Assembly: GCA_013140495.1 (NCBI GenBank) | Contig: JABFSR010000045.1 | Span: 825 to 64,824, forward strand | Source: Verrucomicrobiota bacterium | GTDB lineage: Bacteria > Verrucomicrobiota > Verrucomicrobiia > Limisphaerales > JADLHS01 | Reading direction: 5' to 3' | DNA: 64,000 nt | Shown here: one piece after another, positions 8,113-15,854 of the stretch | Layout: the number at the start of each line of letters is the position of its first letter | Numbering within the stretch: position 1 is the first letter of the stretch | The notes under the pieces: model-generated | Databases searched by the model: none | What the model was told of the DNA's origin: nothing | What the model saw: only the letters and a program-made list of their open reading frames with translations | Position numbers and translations under genes: made by a program

Positions 8113-9862
8113 ACGTCCCAAGCCCACCACTCCGGCCACTCGTTTGCCCAAGTGTCCCACCGGCATCCAGGGACTTGATGAAATCACCGGCGGCGGATTG
8201 CCACGCGGACGGCCCACGCTGGTGTGCGGCGGCGCAGGTTGCGGCAAGACGTTGTTGGCTGCGGAATTTCTCGTGCGCGGCACGGTGCAGTTCGGCGAGC
8301 CGGGCGTGTTCATGGCTTTCGAGGAGACGGAGAAGGAGCTGACGGCCAACGTCGCGTCGCTCGGCTTTGATCTGACGGGCTTGATCCGGCGCAAAAAAAT
8401 TGTAGTGGACTACGTCCACATCGAACGCAGCGAATTCCACGAGAGCGGCGAGTATGACTTGGAAGGCTTGTTCGTCCGGCTCGGTCACGCGATTGATTCC
8501 ATCGGCGCCAAACGCGTGGTGCTGGACACGCTGGAGGTGCTGTTCGCCAGCCTGCCCAACGAGGCCATTCTGCGCAGCGAATTGCGCAGGCTCTTCCGCT
8601 GGCTCAAGGAGAAAGGTGTCACCGCCGTCATCACCGCCGAGCGCGGGCGTGAATCACTCACGCGCCACGGGCTGGAGGAATACGTGTCCGACTGCGTCAT
8701 CCTGCTCGATCACCGAGTCAATGACCAGATTGCCACGCGGCATCTGCGCGTGGTGAAATATCGCGGTGCGCTGCACGGCACCAACGAATTTCCGTTTCTC
8801 ATCGGCGACGAAGGCATCAGCGTCCTGCCGATTACGTCGCTGTCACTGAACCATAAAATCTCGGGTGAGCGGATTGCCACCGGCATCCCCCGGCTCGACG
8901 CGATGCTGGGCGGAAAAGGTTTCTTCCGTGGCAGCAGCATTCTGCTCACGGGCACGCCCGGCACCGGCAAGACCATTGTCGCCGCCAACTTTGCCCAAGC
9001 TGCCGCCCGGCGCGGGGAACGCGTGCTCTTTTTCTCGTTTGAGGAATCACCCGACCAGATCATCCGCAACATGCACTCCATCGGGTTGCGGCTGGATCCT
9101 CTGGTCAAGCGCGATCTGCTGCGGTTTCATTCGGCGCGGCCCTCGCTTTACGGTCTGGAAATGCATCTGGCCACGATGTTCAAGGAGATCGCCACGTTTC
9201 AACCTCAAGTTGTCATCATCGACCCCATCACCAGCCTGATGGACTCCGGCACCGATTCCGAAAGCAAGGGGATGGTGACGCGGCTGATTGATTATCTGAA
9301 GGGCGGACAAGTCACTTCGCTCTTCACCAGTCTGACGCAAGGCGGCCACTCACTGCAACAAAGTGAAATGGCCATGTCCTCGCTCATGGACTCCTGGCTG
9401 TTGTTGCAAGACTTCGAAGGCAACGGCGAACGCAATCGCGTGTTCTACGTGCTCAAGGCGCGCGGCATGGCGCACTCGAACCAGATTCGCGAGTTCCTGA
9501 TTTCGGACCGGGGCATTGACATCGTGGATGCTTACATCGGGGCCAGCGGCGTATTGACCGGCTCCGCGCGGGCAGCGCAGGGTGCCCTCGAAAAAGCCGC
9601 CGTGCTGGCCAGCCAGCAGGAAGCCGCCCGACTCAAGCGCGAAGTGGAGCGCAAACGCGCGGCGATCGAACGGCAAATCAGCGGGCTGCGCTCCGACTAC
9701 GAAAGCGAATCCGCGGAACTGCGGCGCATTGCCGATCAGGTCGGCACCAGTACGCTCATGCTGACCACCGAACAGGCGGCCTCCGGCATCTTGCGCCAGG
9801 CGGATACGAAGGTGGCGGCCAACAGGCGGGTCAACCACAGAAATGGGAAGGCGAGCGTATGA
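8102..9862 (+). CDS. kaiC: circadian-clock-type ATPase KaiC with C-terminal coiled-coil-like extension
   Basis: Two RecA-like halves. Walker A GGAGCGKT (CI) and GTPGTGKT (CII); catalytic EE pairs in MAFEETEKE and FSFEESPDQ. KaiC-type block [40 protein letters not shown]. About 65 aa longer than the canonical ~519 aa; the tail is heptad-like ([38 protein letters not shown]). Confidence 0.9.
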   Translation: MKTKRPKPTTPATRLPKCPTGIQGLDEITGGGLPRGRPTLVCGGAGCGKTLLAAEFLVRGTVQFGEPGVFMAFEETEKELTANVASLGFDLTGLIRRKKIVVDYVHIERSEFHESGEYDLEGLFVRLGHAIDSIGAKRVVLDTLEVLFASLPNEAILRSELRRLFRWLKEKGVTAVITAERGRESLTRHGLEEYVSDCVILLDHRVNDQIATRHLRVVKYRGALHGTNEFPFLIGDEGISVLPITSLSLNHKISGERIATGIPRLDAMLGGKGFFRGSSILLTGTPGTGKTIVAANFAQAAARRGERVLFFSFEESPDQIIRNMHSIGLRLDPLVKRDLLRFHSARPSLYGLEMHLATMFKEIATFQPQVVIIDPITSLMDSGTDSESKGMVTRLIDYLKGGQVTSLFTSLTQGGHSLQQSEMAMSSLMDSWLLLQDFEGNGERNRVFYVLKARGMAHSNQIREFLISDRGIDIVDAYIGASGVLTGSARAAQGALEKAAVLASQQEAARLKREVERKRAAIERQISGLRSDYESESAELRRIADQVGTSTLMLTTEQAASGILRQADTKVAANRRVNHRNGKASV

Positions 9863-10185
9863 AAACAAAAACGGTGAAACGCCGGGCCGCCGCCCCGCGC
9901 CAGCCCGCCAAGCGCTGGCAACTGCGCCTTTACGTGATGGATACGACGCCCAAATCGCAGACGGCGTTCGCGAACTTGAAAAAGTTTTGCGAAACCCACC
10001 TCAAAGGCCGCTATCGCATCACGGTGATTGATTTGATGAAGCAGCCCCACCTTGCCAAAGGCGATCAAATCCTGGCCATCCCCACGGTGGTGCGCAAACT
10101 GCCGAAGCCCGTGCGCAACATCATTGGCACCCTTTCCGATACCGAACATCTGCTTGTGGGCCTGGATCTGCGCGCGGCGGGTTAA
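9859..10185 (+). CDS. kaiB: KaiB (thioredoxin-like fold), copy 1
   Basis: Core [77 protein letters not shown] overlap with the kaiC stop. Basic ~20 aa N-terminal tail [19 protein letters not shown]. Confidence 0.9.
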   Translation: MKTKTVKRRAAAPRQPAKRWQLRLYVMDTTPKSQTAFANLKKFCETHLKGRYRITVIDLMKQPHLAKGDQILAIPTVVRKLPKPVRNIIGTLSDTEHLLVGLDLRAAG

Positions 10186-10200
10186 CAGAGACGTACGCCC

Positions 10201-10554
10201 GTGAAAACAAATAAAATAAAACGCGCGATCAAGGCTGGCGCGAAGTCCCCGGCTACCCGGCGCAAGAGCAAATACGTCCTGCGACTGTTCGTGGCGGGGG
10301 CCACCGACCGATCGCGCCAAGCCGTCCTGCGCGTCCGGGAACTGTGCGCGGCGGAACTGAAAGACAACTGCAAGCTCGAGGTGATTGACATCTATCAGCA
10401 GCCCAAACTGGCGAGAGAGAACCAGATCGTCGCGACCCCGACGCTTATCGTGGAATTCCCACCGCCGGTGCGCCGGTTCATTGGCAACCTGGCGAACATC
10501 ACAGGCCTGTTCGTCGAGTTGGACTTGATCAAAAAAGGTAAAATCGCACTTTGA
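10201..10554 (+). CDS. kaiB: KaiB (thioredoxin-like fold), copy 2
   Basis: GTG start. Core LRLFVAGATDRSRQAVLRVRELCAAELKDNCKLEVIDIYQQPKLARENQIVATPTLIVEFPPPVRRFIGNLAN. Basic N-terminal tail MKTNKIKRAIKAGAKSPATRRKSK. Confidence 0.85.
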   Translation: MKTNKIKRAIKAGAKSPATRRKSKYVLRLFVAGATDRSRQAVLRVRELCAAELKDNCKLEVIDIYQQPKLARENQIVATPTLIVEFPPPVRRFIGNLANITGLFVELDLIKKGKIAL

Positions 10555-11864
10555 AAACTGCCCGCCACCAACGCGTGAAACAAACGCAGAAACGCTTAAA
10601 TACTGAAAAGTTGAAATTTCAGTCTGTCAGCGTTTCAACATTTCAGCGTTTGACTGCGCGCCTGGCTGTCGCCGAGGAAACGCTCCGCGCCATCCGCAAC
10701 GGCGAGGTGGATACGGTGATGGTCGCGGGCAAAGCAGGCTCGCAAGTGTTCACGCTGAACGGGGCCGAACACGCCTACCGCGTACTCATCGAATCCATGA
10801 ACGAAGGGGCGCTGACGCTGACGTGTGGCAAGCTGATTCTTTACGCCAACCAGTGCTTCGCGAGAATGGTCAAATGCCCGCTGGAGCAGGTGACGGGCAG
10901 CTCTTTTCGCCGATTTCTCTCCGCTGCGGACCGGGCGACGCTCCGACCGCTCATGAAATGGCCCGGCAAATTCGGCTCGAAAATCCAGGTGCTGCTCAAG
11001 GCCGGCGACGGTTCGCAAATGCCGGTGCAAATCTCCCTTCGCCCAACGGCAAAGAATGGTTTCAACAGCGCGACCATCGGCATGGTGGTGACGGACCTGA
11101 CGGAGGCCCGGCGGACCGAGGAACTGCTGCGGGCCTTGACGCACCGCGTGGTGCAGGCACAGGAAACCGAGCGCGGGCGCGTGGCCCTGGAATTGCACGA
11201 CACCATCACCCAGATGCTCTGCGCCGTCCTCGTTCGCAGCCAGACGCTGGCGGAAAAACTTTCGGCGCGCGACGGGTCGGCGAAGGGAGAGGCGATCAAA
11301 CTTCGCGATCTGCTCGGCCAGACGGCCGAAGAAGTGGAGCGCATCTCCCGTAATCTGCGGCCCAGCGTATTGGACCACCTGGGTCTGGTCGCCGTCCTGC
11401 GCGACACCAGCACGGAGTTCGCGGAGCGGACGGGCGTGTCCGTCAAGCTGGCCTGCGTGCTGTTGACCGCGCGGTTGCCCGCCGACATCGAGTTGACGCT
11501 CTACCGCATTCTCCAGGAAGCCTTGAAAAACGTGGAGAAGCACGCCCGCGCCCGCCACGTTACCGTGTGCCTGAGGAAGCAGGCTGCCTTCGTTCAGTTG
11601 GTGATCAATGACAACGGGATCGGCTTTGACCCGGATCATCACCCGGCCAGACGAAAAGGAAAGGGCGGGCTTGGTCTGCTCGGCATGCGCGAGCGGGCGA
11701 CTTATGTGGGCGGCGCCCTCAAGATCAAATCCGTTCGCCGCGCCGGCCTTCACCGGGCCGTAGCCACTGGCCGCGGGTTGGACGAGGGCTTCGGCCCGGC
11801 GAAAGCCGGCACGGAAATCGAGGTGCGCATTCCCCTGCCGCCAAGGATCACGGCGGCCAACTGA
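10551..11864 (+). CDS. PAS-domain sensor histidine kinase, HisKA_3 + HATPase_c
   Basis: PAS-like LRAIRNGEVDTVMVAGKAGSQVFTLNGAEHAYRVLIESMNEGALTL, H-box ALELHDTITQ, N-box LQEALKNVEKHA, G1 INDNGIGF. The G2 region is interrupted by a 20-aa insertion. TTG at 10551 overlaps the kaiB stop. An alternative in-frame TTG at 10650 lies just after a low-complexity hairpin. Confidence 0.85.
   Translation: MKTARHQRVKQTQKRLNTEKLKFQSVSVSTFQRLTARLAVAEETLRAIRNGEVDTVMVAGKAGSQVFTLNGAEHAYRVLIESMNEGALTLTCGKLILYANQCFARMVKCPLEQVTGSSFRRFLSAADRATLRPLMKWPGKFGSKIQVLLKAGDGSQMPVQISLRPTAKNGFNSATIGMVVTDLTEARRTEELLRALTHRVVQAQETERGRVALELHDTITQMLCAVLVRSQTLAEKLSARDGSAKGEAIKLRDLLGQTAEEVERISRNLRPSVLDHLGLVAVLRDTSTEFAERTGVSVKLACVLLTARLPADIELTLYRILQEALKNVEKHARARHVTVCLRKQAAFVQLVINDNGIGFDPDHHPARRKGKGGLGLLGMRERATYVGGALKIKSVRRAGLHRAVATGRGLDEGFGPAKAGTEIEVRIPLPPRITAAN
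10604..10648. repeat. short-period low-complexity hairpin element at the kaiB/kinase junction
   Basis: ctgaaaaGTTGAAAtttcagtctgtcagcgTTTCAACatttcagcg, built from the words CTGAAA/TTTCAG and GTTGAAA/TTTCAAC. Confidence 0.6.
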
Positions 11865-11872
11865 ACTGACTT

Positions 11873-12550
11873 GTGAAACGAATCACTGTTTTATTGGCGG
11901 ACGACCATGTGATGGTGCGCGAGGGAATCCGCAACCGGCTCGAACTCGAAGACGACCTCGAAGTGGTCGGCGAAGCCGGAGACGGTCGCAAGGCGGTCGC
12001 CCTGGTCAAAAAACTCCGGCCCGCCGTGGTGTTGATGGACATCGCGATGCCGCTGCTTAATGGTTTGGAGGCCACCCGGCAGATTCGCAAAGACTTTCCC
12101 GACACCAAGGTGCTCATTCTCTCCGCGCACAGTCATGCCGCTTTCGTCAAGCAAGTGACCGGGTTGGGAGCCGCGGGATTTTTGCTCAAGCAAACCTCCT
12201 CCGACGTTCTGGTCACGGCGATTCGCGAAGTCCAAAAAGGAAACACATTTTTCAGCCCGGCCATTGCCAGTCACCTCCACGGTCGCGATCCGAAGTCGCT
12301 GGATCGAGGGGCGCAGTTCAAGAAGAAAAGCAACCACCTGAGTTCGCGCGAGGTGGAGGTGCTCCAATTGATTGCCGAAGGCCAGCCCAACAAACAAGTC
12401 GCCGCCGAACTGGGCGTGAGCTTCAAAACCGTGGACAAACATCGGCAGCATCTCATGGGCAAGCTCAACATCCATGACATCGCCGGTCTCACCCGCTACG
12501 CCATCGCCGAGGGAATCATCAAGAGCAATGTCCTGGTGACCATCAGCTAG
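11873..12550 (+). CDS. NarL/LuxR-family response regulator (REC + GerE HTH)
   Basis: REC: ITVLLADDHVMVREG..VVLMDIAMPLLNG..LILSAH. HTH: LSSREVEVLQLIAEGQPNKQVAAELGVSFKTVDKHRQHLMGKLNIHD. Starts 8 nt after the kinase stop. Confidence 0.9.
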   Translation: MKRITVLLADDHVMVREGIRNRLELEDDLEVVGEAGDGRKAVALVKKLRPAVVLMDIAMPLLNGLEATRQIRKDFPDTKVLILSAHSHAAFVKQVTGLGAAGFLLKQTSSDVLVTAIREVQKGNTFFSPAIASHLHGRDPKSLDRGAQFKKKSNHLSSREVEVLQLIAEGQPNKQVAAELGVSFKTVDKHRQHLMGKLNIHDIAGLTRYAIAEGIIKSNVLVTIS

Positions 12551-12656
12551 CCCAACACCCGGTTTCGCGGTTTTCTCTCACGCCCGGCCTGGTCACGGCC
12601 AACCCATGCTTCACGGGCTTCGGGGGAAAACCTCCGCTCAGGGGGATATCCCCCAC

Positions 12657-12674
12657 GGTGAACCCCCAAATAGC
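12657..12674 (+). promoter_or_regulatory. degenerate copy of the conserved box, upstream of DUF3494 gene 1
   Basis: GGTGAACCCCCAAATAGC (compare GGTGAACACCCCATGGC at 17338). It starts two bases after the 14-bp palindrome GGGGGATATCCCCC (12641-12654). Confidence 0.3.
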
Positions 12675-12754
12675 TCCCGCGCGCATCCCGGTTTATTTTT
12701 GAGCCAGATGGTTGAACAAACAATCATCAAAAACGAAAAATAAGAAAGAAAACA

Positions 12755-13573
12755 ATGAACATCACTCAAGAACCAAAACATACCGTCAGCAAACTCACGA
12801 GACTGAACCGCGCAGCGTCAAAAAAATTAGTTCCTATAGGTGCAGTTCTGATGGCCGCGCTGCTTTACAGCGTTTCCCCGGCAGCAGCCGAAGGCAGTCA
12901 TCGAAGCAGTCAAGGAAAGGGACCGACGCCAGTCAATCTTCGATCGGCCGGCAGTTTCGTGATTCTATCAAAATCAGGAATCACCGACGTCTATGCATCA
13001 GCTATTGTTGGAAATGTTGGAACGAGTCCAATCACCGGTGCAGCTCTTCTCCTGGCGTGCGATGAAGTGGTTGGGACAATCTACGCAGTTGATGCTGCCG
13101 GTCCGGCCTGTAGCGTGGCAGCCGCCAGCTTGTTGACCACGGCAGTCGGCGACATGCAAACCGCATACGACGACGCTGCTGGACGAAAATTCCCCACTGC
13201 TACTGAACTGGGGGCCGGAAATATTGGCGGGAAGACCATCACTCCCGGCCTCTACAAATGGAGCAGTTCGGTTCTAATACCCAATCGGGTCACGCTCAAG
13301 GGCGGCCCAAATGATGTCTGGATCTTCCAGATCGCGGGGAATCTCACCGTGGGCAACGGTATCGCAGTGACGTTGAGCGGCGGCGCCCAGGCCAAGAACA
13401 TCTTCTGGCAGGTCGCCGGCCAAACGACCCTTGGAACGACGGCTAACTTCAAGGGAATTGTATTGTGTAAAACATTGATTGCGATGAACACCGGCGCAGT
13501 GATGAACGGCAGAGCGCTGGCACAGACCGCAGTTACGTTACAGAAGAATGCCGTAATACAGCCAGCTAACTAA
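12755..13573 (+). CDS. secreted DUF3494 / ice-binding-like family protein, copy 1
   Basis: Signal-like LVPIGAVLMAALLYSVSPAAA, then the family signature LRSAGSFVILSKSGITDV..IVGNVGTSPITGAAL, PGLYKWSSSV, VWIFQIAGNLTVG, GGAQAKNIFWQVAG, NGRALAQTAVTL. Confidence 0.75.
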   Translation: MNITQEPKHTVSKLTRLNRAASKKLVPIGAVLMAALLYSVSPAAAEGSHRSSQGKGPTPVNLRSAGSFVILSKSGITDVYASAIVGNVGTSPITGAALLLACDEVVGTIYAVDAAGPACSVAAASLLTTAVGDMQTAYDDAAGRKFPTATELGAGNIGGKTITPGLYKWSSSVLIPNRVTLKGGPNDVWIFQIAGNLTVGNGIAVTLSGGAQAKNIFWQVAGQTTLGTTANFKGIVLCKTLIAMNTGAVMNGRALAQTAVTLQKNAVIQPAN

Positions 13574-13621
13574 GTGGCGTGTTAGTAAACAAACAAACAT
13601 CAACAACTAGAAAGAAACATA

Positions 13622-14608
13622 ATGAAACACACACCTTTAACCGGGAACAAAACCTTAAACGTCCGGGGATTGATCCTTGGCCTTGCGGTCGCCGTGATCT
13701 TCCTGCGCCATGACGCGACGGCAGCGCAAGCCCCAGTAGCTCTTGGATCGGCCGATAGTTTCGTGATTCTCGCAAAATCCGGAATCTCAACTACTGGGAC
13801 CACCTCAATTGGTGGCGATATTGGAGTGAGTCCAATCGGCAGCACTGCCATCACTGGATTCGGGTTGATCATGGATCCATCGGGGCAATTTTCCTCATCA
13901 TCTCTGGTCATCGGAAAAATATATGCCGCCGACTATGCGGTTACCACGCCAGCGAAAATGACTGCGGCGGTAAGCGACATGGAAACCGCGTACACCGACG
14001 CTGCGGCGCGGACATTACCTGACGCCACCGAGCTTTACGCCGGAGATATTAGCGGTCAAACCTTTGGTCCGGGACTCTACAAGTGGAGTACTGGTCTTTT
14101 GATCAATGCCGATGTAACGCTCGCAGGCCCCGCAGATGCTGTCTGGATATTCCAGGTGGCCGGTAATCTTACGATGGGATCAGGGACGAAGGTTTTGCTA
14201 AGCGGTGGCGCGCAAGCCAAGAATATCTTCTGGCAAATTGCTGGTGGCGTTGGCGTCGAGATTGGAACCACGGCACACGTTGAGGGCGACATATTGGCCG
14301 CCAAAGCAATCCACCTGCGAACGGGCGCGTCACTGAACGGTAGAGCATTAGCACAGACTGCGGTTACATTGGACGCCAATACCATTACCATTCCCAACAC
14401 CGTAACTGGCTCCGTCATCCTGGAGTCAGCGGCAAAAGTCACCGGACAGTACACGGTAGCTGCGGGGCAGTCGGTTAATCTTGAGACCAGGACCATAACC
14501 GTTCCCACATCAGGGGACATGCAGTTCTATCGTCTCCGATCAGACACCGCACTCACCATCACGGGCATCAGCCTCTCCGGTGGCAACGTGGAAATAACCT
14601 ACAATTAG
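13622..14608 (+). CDS. secreted DUF3494 / ice-binding-like family protein, copy 2, with ~70 aa C-terminal module
   Basis: LGSADSFVILAKSGISTTGTTSIGGDIGVSPIGSTAITGF, PGLYKWSTGL, VWIFQVAGNLTMG, GGAQAKNIFWQIAG, NGRALAQTAVTL. Extra tail ..TITVPTSGDMQFYRLRSDTALTITGISLSGGNVEITYN. Confidence 0.75.
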   Translation: MKHTPLTGNKTLNVRGLILGLAVAVIFLRHDATAAQAPVALGSADSFVILAKSGISTTGTTSIGGDIGVSPIGSTAITGFGLIMDPSGQFSSSSLVIGKIYAADYAVTTPAKMTAAVSDMETAYTDAAARTLPDATELYAGDISGQTFGPGLYKWSTGLLINADVTLAGPADAVWIFQVAGNLTMGSGTKVLLSGGAQAKNIFWQIAGGVGVEIGTTAHVEGDILAAKAIHLRTGASLNGRALAQTAVTLDANTITIPNTVTGSVILESAAKVTGQYTVAAGQSVNLETRTITVPTSGDMQFYRLRSDTALTITGISLSGGNVEITYN

Positions 14609-14743
14609 GCAGTCCTGACAGCCTGATTCGAGTTCGTCTCACAATCTTGAAAATATCCTGCTCGAATGAGCGGATGGCGGGTCTTGGTGGAAAATCCGTG
14701 TGTCCAACCAAGGCCCGTCCAACTGTGAACCAAGGAGAATTCC

Positions 14744-14890
14744 ATGAATAGAACAAAGCTCTTGGGCGGCATAACGGTTCCGGTGTCAGGCAGCGTGCGG
14801 TTCTATCGTATTATCGTGGGCACAGCCTTCACCATTACGAGCATCACCATTTCCGGTGGCAACGTGGTAATCACCTGCTTTTATGATAAC
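14744..14890 (+). CDS. 48-aa ORF that is a free-standing copy of the C-terminal module of the preceding DUF3494 protein (possibly a gene remnant)
   Basis: Below the track cutoff. AAGGAGA sits 5 nt before the ATG. MNRTKLLGGITVPVSGSVRFYRIIVGTAFTITSITISGGNVVITCFYDNK aligns with RTITVPTSGDMQFYRLRSDTALTITGISLSGGNVEITYN. Confidence 0.3.
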
Positions 14891-15386
14891 AAATAAAATC
14901 TCGCAAGCGGGAGCGCCGGCCAGCACAGTCCGGCGATCCCAACCGAATCCACCCAAGCGGATTCTCGTGGTGGATGACGATCCGTCGCTCCGCCAGATTT
15001 ATACCGAAGTGTTGACTCATGCCGACTACGAGGTGGACACCGCCGAAGATGGAGCGGTCGCCTGGGACGCACTGCAGGTCAACGGCTATGATCTGCTGAT
15101 CACCGACAATAATATGCCGAAGGTGACCGGCGTTGATCTGCTCAAAAAGGTCCATGCCGCCCACATGACGCTGCCGGTCATCATGGCCACTGGCACCTAT
15201 CCCGCCGAGGAATTCAGCCGTTATTCATGGATCCAACCTGACGCCACGCTGCTCAAGCCCTATTCCATGGCGGAGTTTTTGGGAGCAGTGAAAGAAGTGT
15301 TGTGTGTGAACGACGATGTCAGCGCGGAGCTGACCCCGCCGCCAGTCTGGCAAATCCGACCGTCAGCAGCGTGCTTGCGGCTTTGA
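14883..15386 (+). CDS. single-domain (CheY-like) response regulator receiver
   Basis: RILVVDDDPSLRQIYTEVL..YDLLITDNNMPKVTGVDLLKKV..LPVIMATG..LLKPY. No output domain. Confidence 0.8.
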   Translation: MITNKISQAGAPASTVRRSQPNPPKRILVVDDDPSLRQIYTEVLTHADYEVDTAEDGAVAWDALQVNGYDLLITDNNMPKVTGVDLLKKVHAAHMTLPVIMATGTYPAEEFSRYSWIQPDATLLKPYSMAEFLGAVKEVLCVNDDVSAELTPPPVWQIRPSAACLRL

Positions 15387-15423
15387 AGATTTCATCCGAC
15401 CGGATCAAATCTACAAATCGTTG

Positions 15424-15444
15424 TTAGGGTTATACCCCATAGCG
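15424..15444 (+). promoter_or_regulatory. conserved box, site 6, upstream of the decayed kinase / second LuxR regulator
   Basis: TTAGGGTTATACCCCATAGCG. Confidence 0.45.
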
Positions 15445-15469
15445 CTCGCAAAATGGTCAGGGTAAGCTC

Positions 15470-15850
15470 GGGCGATAAAAAGTAATACATTGCTCATCAC
15501 GTTTCATTCCGCCGCCACTTTCGCTGCCGGCGGACAAGAAAATTCGTTACGCCAACCGGTGTTCCGCCCGCCAGGTCAAAGGCACGCTACCACCGGTGAA
15601 GGCAGTTCCTTTCGCCGCTTATGAAACGGGCCGACCCATCCGGCTTGGAAATCCAGGTGCAGTCCAATTCCGGCGGCGGTTCGCAAATGCCGGCGCAAAT
15701 CTCCCTTCGTTCACTGGCAAAGGATGATTGCCAACCATGTGGTTATCGGTACGGTGGTGACGGAGCTTACGGAGGCCCGGGCAACAAGGAACTGGCTGCG
15801 GGCCTTGAAGCACCGTGTGTGCTGGATGCCAAGCGAGAGTTATTGGCCTG
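15470..15850 (+). pseudogene. decayed PAS-histidine-kinase fragment (paralogue of 10551..11864) lacking the DHp and ATPase domains
   Basis: Nucleotide-level collinearity with 10770-11165, e.g. aaatccaggtgc..ggttcgcaaatgccgg.gcaaatctcccttcg..ggtggtgacgga.ct.acggaggcccgg..gaactg.tgcgggccttga.gcaccg.gtg. There is at least one frameshift (..IQVQSNSGGGSQMPAQISLRS.. then GTVVTELTEARATRNWLRALKHRV in another frame) and an internal ~35 nt deletion. It ends just before where the H-box should start. Confidence 0.6.
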
Positions 15851-15854
15851 ATTT

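Noticed and set aside
12712-13065. 117-aa ORF overlapping the leader and 5' part of the first DUF3494 gene
   Set aside because: It is a Lys/Ser/Arg-rich translation of the A-rich leader in a different frame from the clear DUF3494 reading frame.
15187-15202. TGGCACctatcCCGCC sigma-54-like match
   Set aside because: It lies inside the CheY-like coding sequence and the -12 element is poor, so it is likely chance.
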